Source: an uncultured Pirellulaceae bacterium (GTDB taxonomy: Bacteria; Planctomycetota; Planctomycetia; Pirellulales; Pirellulaceae). From it: 64,000 nt of DNA. The position numbers and the translations under genes were made by a program. This document shows, one piece after another, positions 19,726 through 29,041 of this stretch; within the stretch, counting starts at the first letter, position 1; each line of letters begins with the position of its first letter. The stretch covers positions 735,231-799,230 of the forward strand of contig CALSOR010000004.1 of NCBI GenBank assembly GCA_943788025.1. Reading direction: 5' to 3'. The notes beneath the pieces were generated by a model, which saw only the letters and a program-made list of their open reading frames with translations, was not told where the DNA came from and did not search any database.

Positions 19726-19794
19726 GTCAAAACAGGTCGAAACGCAACTGATATCGATGGTCTGCTAACAATAGATGGAGATGTCGACTACGCA
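19726..19794 (+). pseudogene. Decayed fragment paralogous to the N-terminal region of the downstream 545-aa gene
   Basis: VKTGRNATDIDGLLTIDGDVDYA (in ORF 19693..19941) compared with VKIGRDTTYVDGPLTNDGYIDYIA (20461-20532). About half the residues are identical and DNA similarity is visible. The similarity ends after this segment. Confidence 0.3.
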
Positions 19795-20364
19795 CCTCCA
19801 ACAACAAGGCCCTTAAAAAGAAGCAACTCCTTAAGACTACATTCGTGGGTATTGCGGAGCGATGGCGAGCAAAACGCTGCCACGAAGCGGAGACCATTTT
19901 GTCGGACTCCATTGCTGCCCCAATCGAATTGGCGGAATTGAAATGAAGGGAAACATCAAAGAAAATGACTCGATCAATCGCTTCTCAAATAGGGACTTTA
20001 TTCACGAGCAAAGTCGCGAGAGATGCTTGATTTTTAGCGATGAAGGAAAACGGTGAAGATGATAACACCAACGAAATTTCCTACGAAAAAGGATCCTTTA
20101 GCGATGACCTTACACGTGGAATTGAAACCTTAAAATCCACTGAGGCAAAACAAAACCATCTCCGCAATGCTTTCTCTCTATTGCTAAATCGCCTGGAGAT
20201 TCGAAGTTAGAGACTTTGTTTTTCCAGGTTATTTCGGCTTGGAATGCTACGGTTTTGTCCAGGACTCGAAGCTACTGATTCCATTTTAAAAACTTTTATT
20301 AGAAAATATCCAGAGCGTTGGCGTTACGGCTCAAACGTATGGAACCCAATTTCGAGATCACACA

Positions 20365-22002
20365 ATGAATCACTTTTCAAAATCACTTTGCATTGCCACT
20401 GTCGCGATTTTCTGCCACGTATCGGGCCAATGGAACAATGCACAAGAGATCAAGCCAAAGGTCAAAATAGGTCGCGATACGACATACGTGGATGGGCCGC
20501 TCACTAACGATGGTTACATCGATTACATCGCGCACTTCAATAAGGTATTGTCGGACGGCGTCACCCCGCAGAATAACGCAGCGGTCCTATTGGTGCAGAC
20601 GTATCCTGGTGAGATCACTTCCGAAAAATTCATGAAGCGGTTCTGCAAGGCACTCGGCATTAAACCGGTTCCGCTTGATGGAGATCATTATGAGGATTTG
20701 TTCAAATTCTTGCGGCGACGTGATGGCATTACCGAAAACACTACCCCAGAAGAGAGGACAAGGCTTGCTGATAAGCACGAGGCGATCTGGGAACGGGTGA
20801 TGGCAGATGTCTGGACCGCAAAATCACATCCAGAGGTGAAAGAATGGCTAGACGAAAACAAAAAGCACTTTGATACGGTTCGCCGAGCCTCGCTTCGAAA
20901 GCGGTACTATCATCCGATGCTAAGCGACGATGACGACGACAGCACAATGCTCATTGCAGTTCTTTTGCCTCAGATTCAGTCGAGCCGCGAATATGCGAGA
21001 GCACTCACGATCCGTTCCAACTACTATCTCGGGATCGGCGAACATGAAAAAAGTGTCGAAGATATCCTGACGATGCGACGGTTAGGCAACCTAATTGCTC
21101 AAGGGGGGACACTTGTCGAGCAACTGGTTGGGATTGCAATTTTGGGAATCGCCCAAAGCGTCGAAGAAAGAGTTGCGCTATCCGGAAAATTGACTTCCAA
21201 AGAACTTTTGGCCTATCGGGCAAAAATGTCCCAAACGCGAGTCGCTTCCAACGTTTTAAAAAGCTTTGATGAATTTGAGCGATTGACTTATTTAGATAGT
21301 GTCCAGCAAGTCATGAAGGGAGGAATGCGAACTCTAAACCAAATGATGGGTGGTGCAGGAGGAGGAGGAGGAGGAGAAACTCAACAAACGCGGATGAAAG
21401 AGTTGCTCGACAGAGCGGTCACATCCTCAACGGATTGGACCGTCACGATGCAGATTGGCAACAAAATGTTTGACAAATTCAGTGACACCCTGAATACGGA
21501 CGATTGGATTGAGCGTGAAAAAGCCATGGCAAGTATGGAAGAAGAGCTGAAAAAAATGTCCGCTTCGATTGACACCACAACGGCCATTCAAGCCTTCCTT
21601 GGTGGTCCCGAATTTCGTGGCAAGATGATGGGCCGAATTTTTGTCTCGCTGCTTATGCCAGCGTTGAGCGCAGTAACTTCAGCGGAGCACAGAGTCCAAA
21701 TATCCGACGACCTCAGCTACTTCGTTCTGTCGATCGCGGCGTTCCAGGATGAGGTCGGACGTTATCCGAACTCACTTGGGGAATTGTCCGAAAAAATTGC
21801 TGGTGATTATCCAATCGATCGCTACTCAAACAAAGCCTTCCTCTATCGCTCAAACGGAGATGGATTCATTGTTTATAGCGTTGGTAAAAACGGAAACGAC
21901 AACAACGGAGATGGTATCTTCAACGAAAAGCATTCAGACACCAAAGACGATTTCGGCCGGGGCTACAAATCCTCGAAAACCTTGGGTAATGCGACAAAGT
22001 AA
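20365..22002 (+). CDS. Secreted hypothetical protein with a pseudopilin (GspG)-like C-terminal motif
   Basis: 545-aa ORF with signal peptide MNHFSKSLCIATVAIFCHVSG and a poly-Gly run. The C-terminal PIDRYSNKAFLYRSNGDGFIVYSVGKNGNDNNGD resembles the conserved C-terminal strand motif of type II secretion pseudopilins. Confidence 0.75.
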   Translation: MNHFSKSLCIATVAIFCHVSGQWNNAQEIKPKVKIGRDTTYVDGPLTNDGYIDYIAHFNKVLSDGVTPQNNAAVLLVQTYPGEITSEKFMKRFCKALGIKPVPLDGDHYEDLFKFLRRRDGITENTTPEERTRLADKHEAIWERVMADVWTAKSHPEVKEWLDENKKHFDTVRRASLRKRYYHPMLSDDDDDSTMLIAVLLPQIQSSREYARALTIRSNYYLGIGEHEKSVEDILTMRRLGNLIAQGGTLVEQLVGIAILGIAQSVEERVALSGKLTSKELLAYRAKMSQTRVASNVLKSFDEFERLTYLDSVQQVMKGGMRTLNQMMGGAGGGGGGETQQTRMKELLDRAVTSSTDWTVTMQIGNKMFDKFSDTLNTDDWIEREKAMASMEEELKKMSASIDTTTAIQAFLGGPEFRGKMMGRIFVSLLMPALSAVTSAEHRVQISDDLSYFVLSIAAFQDEVGRYPNSLGELSEKIAGDYPIDRYSNKAFLYRSNGDGFIVYSVGKNGNDNNGDGIFNEKHSDTKDDFGRGYKSSKTLGNATK

Positions 22003-22125
22003 TTCTTAACGATGGGGGCGGTGCATTCTAAACCGTGACTTGAATTTTTGAGCGTTTGAATGCCGCCCTCGTGTGCTCCGTCCATGACAAAAAGTACGGT
22101 ATGTGTGTCATCAATTTTTGAGAAA

Positions 22126-23527
22126 TCAAGCAATGATTTCTTTGATGACTTGCCCGCCGAATTGACTGAGTTGCTTGAAGCGACCAGCGTGATAATAAGT
22201 TAACTTGTTGTCGTCCAAGCCAAGCAATCGAAGCAAGGTAACGTGCACGTCACGCAGCGGATGGACACATTCAACGGCTTTTTCACCGATCTCGTCTGTT
22301 CCGCCGATTGTATGGCCGGCATTCACGCCGCCACCAGCAAACCACATCGCCATGGCTTTCGCATTATGATCTCGGCCATAGGATTTACCGCCACCCGCGA
22401 ATTCCATTGTCTGGCGTTCTACCGAATTCACCACAAAAGAACACCAGAGTGTCCTTCAACATATCTCGTTGTTTAAGGTCCGATAACAAGGCTGCGATCG
22501 GTTTATCGACGCTTTTGATTAGCGATCCATGTGCACGCTCAATGTAATCATGACTGTCCCAGTTTCCCGCATACGCTTGGACAAATCGCACACCTTTTTC
22601 GACCAACCTTCTTGCCAAAAGGCACTTACGACCGAATGAATCCGTTTTGGAGTCGCCAACGCCGTACATTTGAAGCGTCTTTTTATCTTCATTTGCCAAA
22701 TCGAGCAGTTCGGGTACTTCGGTTTGCATCTTAAAGGCAAGTTCGTACGAGTTCATTCGCGCTTCCAATTCACTTCGCATTGGCCGCTTGGCCAAGTGCA
22801 ATCCATTTAATTTTGCGAGCAAATCCAGGCTCTTGCGTTGCTCAGGGCGAGAAACATGATCGGGAGGATTCAAATCAAGAATCGGGCTTCCAGTCGGACG
22901 AAGCGGCGTGCCCTGAAACTGCGCTGGTAAGAATCCGTTTGACCAATTCGCTGCACCACCCTGAGGGTAACTGCTTCTAGGCAAAACGATAAAACCTGGT
23001 AGGTTTTCGTTAACGGTTCCCAATCCATACGTCACCCATGAACCGACACCAGGATCCCCACCGAATCGGTTGCCTGTATTGATGTGATAACAGGCAGTCG
23101 GATGATTGACCGATTCAGCCTGTGCACCACGGAAGAAACAAATATCGTCAACACGCTTCTTGAGATGCACCCATTGATCACAAATATCTGCGCCACTCTC
23201 TCCAGCTTTTTCAAACTTAAACGGCGTTTTGACAAAGTACCGTTTACCTGAAGACATCGCACTTTGCTCTTTCCCGGATCGGGAAAACTCCTGGAGATGC
23301 CGCTTGGTTAATTCCGGCTTGGGATCAAATGTATCAATATGCGATGGCCCACCTTCCATCATCAGGAAAATACAACGTTTCGCCTTTGCCGGGAAGTGTG
23401 ATCGGGGGACAATCGATGACGCTTCGTCATCCGCGCAAAGCAGTGACGAAAACGCTACACTCCCGAGAGAGGCTCCAAGGCCAAACATGACGTCACGTCG
23501 ACTCTTCATAGGGGTATTATTTTCCAT
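22126..23527 (-). pseudogene. DUF1501-family (sulfatase-like) protein with a Tat signal, interrupted by a 1-nt frameshift
   Basis: ORFs 22385..23671 and 22126..22434 are two halves of one DUF1501 protein. The first ends ..GEFGRTPDNGIRGWR* and the second continues ..GGGKSYGRDHNAKAMAMWFAGGGV. Removing one C from ccc 22394-22396 joins them. The likely start is ATG 23527 (MENNTPMKSRRDVMFGLGASLGS, Tat-like). Confidence 0.85.
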
Positions 23528-23531
23528 CTCG

Positions 23532-26252
23532 CTAATCCAAGTACACGAATTCATTCGAATTAAACAACGCAACGCAAATTTGTGCCAAGCCGCGCGTCGA
23601 TGCATCAACTTGATGAGGCTGTAAATCTGGAATGTATTGCTCGAAAGCTGGCATGAATTCAAGAAATTCATACGGCTCTCCTGTTTTTTCAGCCATTACA
23701 GTCCGCTTAATTTCTGATTCTAATTTTTTTGGAACGTAGGACTTTTTGGCTTCGTTCATTGTTGCCATCCTCCAATGCTCCAAACAAAATTCCAACTCCT
23801 CATTTGATGCATCTCGGCCCATTGCGATTTGAAACGCACGGCTTAGAGTCACGCGTTCGGAACGCTTTTCAGACATCAGTTTTTTGGCAAACGCCAATCC
23901 ACGACTCTGGACACTTCCCGAATTCATAAGGGTAAGAGCTTGTGGCGTGACCGTTGAAATTTCGCGGCATTCACACGACTTATCTGGCCCAGGTTGATTA
24001 AATGTTTCAAAAAACGGGTCCCTCAGGCCCCGGCGTTTTTCACCATAAATGCTTCTTCGATTCCTTAAATCCGGGTGAGAATCAGGTTCGTAGACCGATG
24101 CCGTTCCGCCCATGATCTGTCGTGGCTGTGTTGCAACCTCCGAGTTGATTTCAGGTCGACATGGAATTCCACCAATCTGTCGATTCAACTCACCACTACC
24201 GACTAACATCGCATCGCGAATTTCTTCCGCAGTCAATCGCCGTGGTAGAAACGTCGCGTAGAAATCCAGCTTCGGATCCTTGACTCGAACCGCAGTCATT
24301 TGATCATGTCTCGAACTACGTCTGTATGCCCGAGAAGTAACGAGTAAGCGATTGAGCCTCTTTATCGACCACCCGCTCTTCATAAACCAATCAGCTAAAT
24401 AATCGAGCAACTCCGGGTGAGTCGGCAGCGCGCCCGTTGCACCAAAGTTATTCGGATTTCCGGCAATGCCTTTCCCAAAATGCCATGACCAAATTCGATT
24501 CACAATGACGCGAGCAGTGAGCGGATTTTTTTTGTCAACAATCCACTCCGCAAGTGCAAGTCGCCTCTCTCCCTTTCCTGAAGGAAAAACAGGCTGATCC
24601 ATTCCGCCCAAATAAACGGCCGCGCTAATCGGTCCCGGCGTAACAGGGGCACCAAACGAAAAAGCATCGCCGCCTGTCAGAATTACATCGTTTTCAATCA
24701 CTCCTTTTTTCCATGGATCCTTCGGAACAAACAATCGTTTGTTGACGGCTACGCGAGAGATCGTTTTTCCAGAATAAACACCAAACGCAATTGGCTTTAC
24801 TCTGTCCAACTCCCATTGATGAAGCGAAATGTTCTTGTTGATCCTCGCGAGCGATGCTTCATCACCGGGCTCCAAACCGTTATCGCCAACCTTGGCATCA
24901 CCCGTTTCTTGTTTTTGTTGTTTTGCAACTCGCGCCCTGAGATTATCTCTTTGTTTTTGATAGGCCTGAATCTTGGCCATTGTCCATTCGTATGATGGCT
25001 TAAAACCGGTTTTATTCTCAGACTTTAGAAACGGGGCATTTCTTTCGGTAAATTGCGTTGCCGAAAAAACCGCCATCATGCTGTAGTAATCGCGGGTTGG
25101 AAGAGGATCGAATTTGTGGTCATGACATTTGCAACACTGCAGTGGATGAGCCAAGAACGTTTGCCCAACGGAATCAGTAACATCATCAAGCCATTGCTGT
25201 CGGGTCACACGAAATACGCTCATTGCAGTTTGCTCCCACGGGCCCATTCGCAAGAAGCCGGTCGCAATCAAGTTCTCGGTATTCGAGTCGTCCATCTCAT
25301 CGCCCGCAATTTGTTGGCGAACAAATTCGTTGAAGGGTTTATCCGCGTTAAAAGAGCGGATGACATAATCGCGATATCGCCAAGCGTTGGGCCGTGGGTA
25401 ATCATTGGCGAACCCGGCCGAATCCGAATACCTCGCCACATCCAACCATTGTCGCCCGAAATGCTCGCCGTAATGAGGTGATGTCATTAGTTCGTTGGCA
25501 AACGCCGTTACAAATGCCGCTTCATTTTCTGCATAAAGCTCACGATAAGTTTTCTTTTTGGAGGGATTCAGCAGCAACGCAGTCGGTGGCAAACCGGTCA
25601 GGTTGAAACTCAAACGCCGCACCAACTCGTCAAATCCCGCCGAGGGTGCTGCCTCAATTGCTCTTTCCTTTAACGCTTGGTCCAGAAACCAATCTACGGG
25701 ATGCTCAGACTCGGGAACGCCGACCACTCGCAACGGCCTATATGCCCAGAGTTGTTTCGATTGGTACCGACGATTCGTCCAATCATCACCAAGTCCCCCG
25801 GAGGTGTTGACCGTTTCCCCTTCTGCATATTCGACCTGAATCTCAGCGACTCGCTTATCCGTTGGCCACGGGGCACCTTCGTTGATCCAATCGCGAATCC
25901 AATTCATCTGCTCTAAAGAAAGCTTTTCTGATTCCTTGGGAGGCATCTCGAAACCCTCTTCCGAACGCGTCGTCACAATGTGCAAATAGCTGTCGACTCC
26001 GGAACCGGGTTTCAACACGTCTTCACCAAAGGCATCACCACCTCGTTGAAGTGACTCACGAGACCGAATATCGAAACCGCCCTCGATGTCGTCAGGCTTA
26101 TCCCCGTGACATGAACTACACTTCTCTGCAAACAGACGGTTAATTTTTAACGCAAATAGCTTTTCGCCTTTGGTCGGCTCATCGGCAAATAGGGATGGCG
26201 AACCGTGCAAAACCGCACAAAAAAACAAAACGGCATAAACGATTGGGTTCAT
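23532..26252 (-). CDS. Planctomycete cytochrome-c domain protein (PSCyt1 + DUF1549/PSCyt2 + DUF1553/PSD1)
   Basis: Signal peptide, heme motif CSSCHG near the N-terminus, and NRIWSWHFGKG typical of DUF1553. It lies directly upstream of a DUF1501 gene, which is the canonical pairing. Confidence 0.9.
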   Translation of the reverse strand: MNPIVYAVLFFCAVLHGSPSLFADEPTKGEKLFALKINRLFAEKCSSCHGDKPDDIEGGFDIRSRESLQRGGDAFGEDVLKPGSGVDSYLHIVTTRSEEGFEMPPKESEKLSLEQMNWIRDWINEGAPWPTDKRVAEIQVEYAEGETVNTSGGLGDDWTNRRYQSKQLWAYRPLRVVGVPESEHPVDWFLDQALKERAIEAAPSAGFDELVRRLSFNLTGLPPTALLLNPSKKKTYRELYAENEAAFVTAFANELMTSPHYGEHFGRQWLDVARYSDSAGFANDYPRPNAWRYRDYVIRSFNADKPFNEFVRQQIAGDEMDDSNTENLIATGFLRMGPWEQTAMSVFRVTRQQWLDDVTDSVGQTFLAHPLQCCKCHDHKFDPLPTRDYYSMMAVFSATQFTERNAPFLKSENKTGFKPSYEWTMAKIQAYQKQRDNLRARVAKQQKQETGDAKVGDNGLEPGDEASLARINKNISLHQWELDRVKPIAFGVYSGKTISRVAVNKRLFVPKDPWKKGVIENDVILTGGDAFSFGAPVTPGPISAAVYLGGMDQPVFPSGKGERRLALAEWIVDKKNPLTARVIVNRIWSWHFGKGIAGNPNNFGATGALPTHPELLDYLADWFMKSGWSIKRLNRLLVTSRAYRRSSRHDQMTAVRVKDPKLDFYATFLPRRLTAEEIRDAMLVGSGELNRQIGGIPCRPEINSEVATQPRQIMGGTASVYEPDSHPDLRNRRSIYGEKRRGLRDPFFETFNQPGPDKSCECREISTVTPQALTLMNSGSVQSRGLAFAKKLMSEKRSERVTLSRAFQIAMGRDASNEELEFCLEHWRMATMNEAKKSYVPKKLESEIKRTVMAEKTGEPYEFLEFMPAFEQYIPDLQPHQVDASTRGLAQICVALFNSNEFVYLD

Positions 26253-26444
26253 ATGAGAGACATCTTCAATGGAACGTGTTTTCTTTATCCGAAGTGAATC
26301 GGTTCGGTTCCCCTATTCTACAATGACTCGATCGGAAACAAAGATTTTCAAGAGATGACACCCCAAAAAAGCAGATGCAAAACCCCCGCCCTTTTAAAAC
26401 GTTGTCTCGTGCGACGAATAACCTCAACGATCAATTGCGTCAGC

Positions 26445-27581
26445 CTATTTGATTTTCTCAATTGGCTCAACATCCTTGGCCGAATCCTCTAACGCTGAAT
26501 CCTCTAAGTGCGGACTTCGCATCTCTTCAAACAACCTGAACTGCGAAGCGATTGCCTTAGTGAGCATTGTGGTCACATGGCGAACTCCGCCCATCAATTT
26601 CACTTTGACTCGTGCGGTCTTTCCGTTGCTCGAAGCACTCGTTGCCCCAAGAATTTGATCCCCCAGGTCTAGAGCTTTGTTGTAAAGTTCCAAACGAACA
26701 ACCATGGCTTTTTTGAATTCAGGTGGAAAATTTGGCCCGGCAAGATCATTCATTTGATTGGCCTGCATCTTAAGTGCATCACGTCCTAGCGGAATCGAGG
26801 CCTTTCCGAATTCGGCAAGGAACTTCGTTTTGCTCGCAACCTTCTTCGCCGCAGCTTCCGATTTACAATTCAGCTGAATAAACATCGGCGTGCTTGATTT
26901 AACCTGCGTCTGAAAGAACCCTGAATCAGCTTCCCCATAGACCTTTTCCAGGTTAATGGGTGTTACAGTCATTTCTTGTTGTATCTCGGCAAGGATCGTC
27001 GCAAAGGCTTTGGTATTCTGAAATGCCCCAATGATCTCCGAACCTGGCGTGGCAGAATTAAGCAAGGCACTGACAGGAGAATCACCTTCCTTCTCTTTCA
27101 TCAGTGAATTCAACGTGGGTGTCTTTGCCATTACAACAGTCTTCCCGTCTGGAAAAAAAATTGATGGCTGATAATTGCTGCTCGACTGATGGAACTTTTT
27201 ACCTTCAAAAGTTGCATCCTCGAATTCCAAGCCTTGTTTTTTCAAAAAAGCAGCTTGGTCAATTGCTTTAGAAAAATTCATCACCAAAGCAAATGAATCT
27301 TCGTCAAATTGAGCTGGATCCGCACCTTCACCAAACTGCAAGGTTACCGTTTTCAGGTTCATCAGGTCGATGCCAGCCTGTTTTTTCAACCCCTTCGCAA
27401 TATCCTCGACGTCCTTCGAGCCCATCCTTTCGTACGACACCAATTTTTGGATGTCAAACTGAAGCACAAGAAACGAACTTTCAGAGACGTAACGAGTGTC
27501 AACTTTTCCCATTTGAGAAAAACTGAGTTTCGGTAACAAGCAAACAGCGACAAGTGAAATCGTAAAAATTAGAGCCCGCAT
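26445..27581 (-). CDS. Secreted protein of unknown function (tandem paralog B)
   Basis: 378 aa with signal peptide MRALIFTISLVAVCLLPKLSFSQ. It is collinear with the upstream 377-aa protein (QMGKVDTRYVSESSFLVLQFDIQKLV.. compared with QMGKVDTSFVSDDSFFVVRVDVEKLV..). Confidence 0.8.
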   Translation of the reverse strand: MRALIFTISLVAVCLLPKLSFSQMGKVDTRYVSESSFLVLQFDIQKLVSYERMGSKDVEDIAKGLKKQAGIDLMNLKTVTLQFGEGADPAQFDEDSFALVMNFSKAIDQAAFLKKQGLEFEDATFEGKKFHQSSSNYQPSIFFPDGKTVVMAKTPTLNSLMKEKEGDSPVSALLNSATPGSEIIGAFQNTKAFATILAEIQQEMTVTPINLEKVYGEADSGFFQTQVKSSTPMFIQLNCKSEAAAKKVASKTKFLAEFGKASIPLGRDALKMQANQMNDLAGPNFPPEFKKAMVVRLELYNKALDLGDQILGATSASSNGKTARVKVKLMGGVRHVTTMLTKAIASQFRLFEEMRSPHLEDSALEDSAKDVEPIEKIK

Positions 27582-27642
27582 TATTTCCCATTCGTAACCA
27601 TGGAACGTTGAATTGCGTCAATAAATCGGATTGATTGCATGC

Positions 27643-28776
27643 CTACTTGCCATCGTCTGGCTCCGCCTCAACAGCCTCATCAAGTTCGAGAAATTCTGCG
27701 TCCAGACTGGAGCTGCTGACACCCAGAAACATCGCTTTCATCCCGCCCACAGCAAGTGGCACAAGCTCTTTGAGACCACCCATGTGTTTTACCTTCAACG
27801 TCATCGTCTTTTTTGCAACGTTTACATCTACACCGTCCAAGATTTTCCCACCCGTTTTCAAGCCATCTTTTGCAAGCTTAAACATAGACTTTTGCATCTC
27901 TGCAAATCCTCCGTCACCTAATTCTTTCAATTGCGATTCCACCATCATATTTCCGACTGGCAATGCAGATTTACCCATTTCGACCATTTGATCGAGCGCT
28001 TTTTTCATCGCGGTTGCAGACTCGTTCGAATCACAAGTCGCTTGGATATAAATGGGCGTGCTCGAAGCAAGTTGCACGTAACCGAATCCAGATTTTGCGT
28101 TAGCCAACAGGTCTTTGGGTTCGAATGGTAAACCAATTGGCCCCATCGAATCAAAGAACTGATTCAAAAATCCGTCGTAACCTTCGTTTGATCTGAACGC
28201 CAACATGATTTCCGAACCCGGGGGCGCGGACTTGATAAGGCTAGACATCGCTCCCATTCCGCTTCCAGCCTTCAGCAACGACTCAATTCCCTTTGATGTC
28301 GCCATCGTAAACGTCTTGTCGTTGGAAAAATACAAGTGCGGGCCGCCGTCACTGCGATGTCTTAAATAAGTTTTTCCAGCGTACTCAGTTTCCGTGTAAT
28401 CCTTTAAGGCAAACTCTCTAGCTGAGTGAAAATCGTCACGATCAATTTTTTTGGCATTTTCAAAAGTGATCGAGAATGCTGAATCAAACGGACCCCCGTC
28501 TAACTTTCCAAATTGCATCGTGATCGCCGTCATATTCATCAAGTCGAGGCCGGCTTCTTCCTTCAGCGGTTTTGCAAGCATCTCCAGATCCTTAGAACCC
28601 ATGGGCACCTGCCCCACCAATTTTTCAACATCGACTCTGACAACGAAGAACGAATCGTCGGAAACAAAAGAAGTGTCGACTTTCCCCATTTGGGCATAAG
28701 ACGACTGGGAGCAAAACAACAACGTCACAATTATCGCTGTGTTACGAAAAATGGTGTGGGTTAGCAAAGGCTTCAT
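27643..28776 (-). CDS. Secreted protein of unknown function (tandem paralog A)
   Basis: 377 aa with a signal peptide ending ..CSQSSYAQ. It is a paralog of 26445..27581 over its whole length. Confidence 0.8.
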   Translation of the reverse strand: MKPLLTHTIFRNTAIIVTLLFCSQSSYAQMGKVDTSFVSDDSFFVVRVDVEKLVGQVPMGSKDLEMLAKPLKEEAGLDLMNMTAITMQFGKLDGGPFDSAFSITFENAKKIDRDDFHSAREFALKDYTETEYAGKTYLRHRSDGGPHLYFSNDKTFTMATSKGIESLLKAGSGMGAMSSLIKSAPPGSEIMLAFRSNEGYDGFLNQFFDSMGPIGLPFEPKDLLANAKSGFGYVQLASSTPIYIQATCDSNESATAMKKALDQMVEMGKSALPVGNMMVESQLKELGDGGFAEMQKSMFKLAKDGLKTGGKILDGVDVNVAKKTMTLKVKHMGGLKELVPLAVGGMKAMFLGVSSSSLDAEFLELDEAVEAEPDDGK

Positions 28777-28795
28777 CAGTTCCTCTTGAGAAAAG

Positions 28796-28828
28796 TTACT
28801 TGAGCGGAATTTACTTGAGCGGAATTTA
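28796..28828. repeat. 15-bp tandem direct repeat, 2.2 copies (ttacttgagcggaat)
   Basis: Identical 15-mers at 28796-28810 and 28811-28825 plus tta. The repeat starts 20 nt upstream of the start codon at 28776 (minus-strand gene). Confidence 0.95.
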
Positions 28829-29041
28829 TTTTTTGTGTAATGCCTTGGGACCGAAAACGGACCAAAGCCTATTCGGGCAACTCGAGTTCTTTCGATCGCA
28901 TCCTTCTAAGTCGCTATTCTGACTTGATTCTTCAGCATTGAAAAGCGTTCAAATCGACTTTTGCTGAAAGCTCATTCCGCAATTCGGTCCGCCTATCAAT
29001 TCATTGACACAAAACAAAATATTTGATTCGAAAAACACTAA

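Noticed and set aside
20040-20210. 56-aa plus-strand ORF (MKENGEDDNTNEISYEKGSFSDDL..) in the long gap before 20365
   Set aside because: No family was recognised and it lies in a region that looks like decayed sequence. It cannot be supported without expression or conservation data.
22016-22068. Imperfect long-range inverted repeat (gggcggtgcattc ... gaatgccgccc) after the 545-aa gene
   Set aside because: It has a 29-nt loop, an internal mismatch and no T tract, so it is not convincing as a terminator.
22126-22434. 102-aa ORF as an independent gene
   Set aside because: It is the C-terminal part of the frameshifted DUF1501 protein (GRDH..AGGGV motifs).
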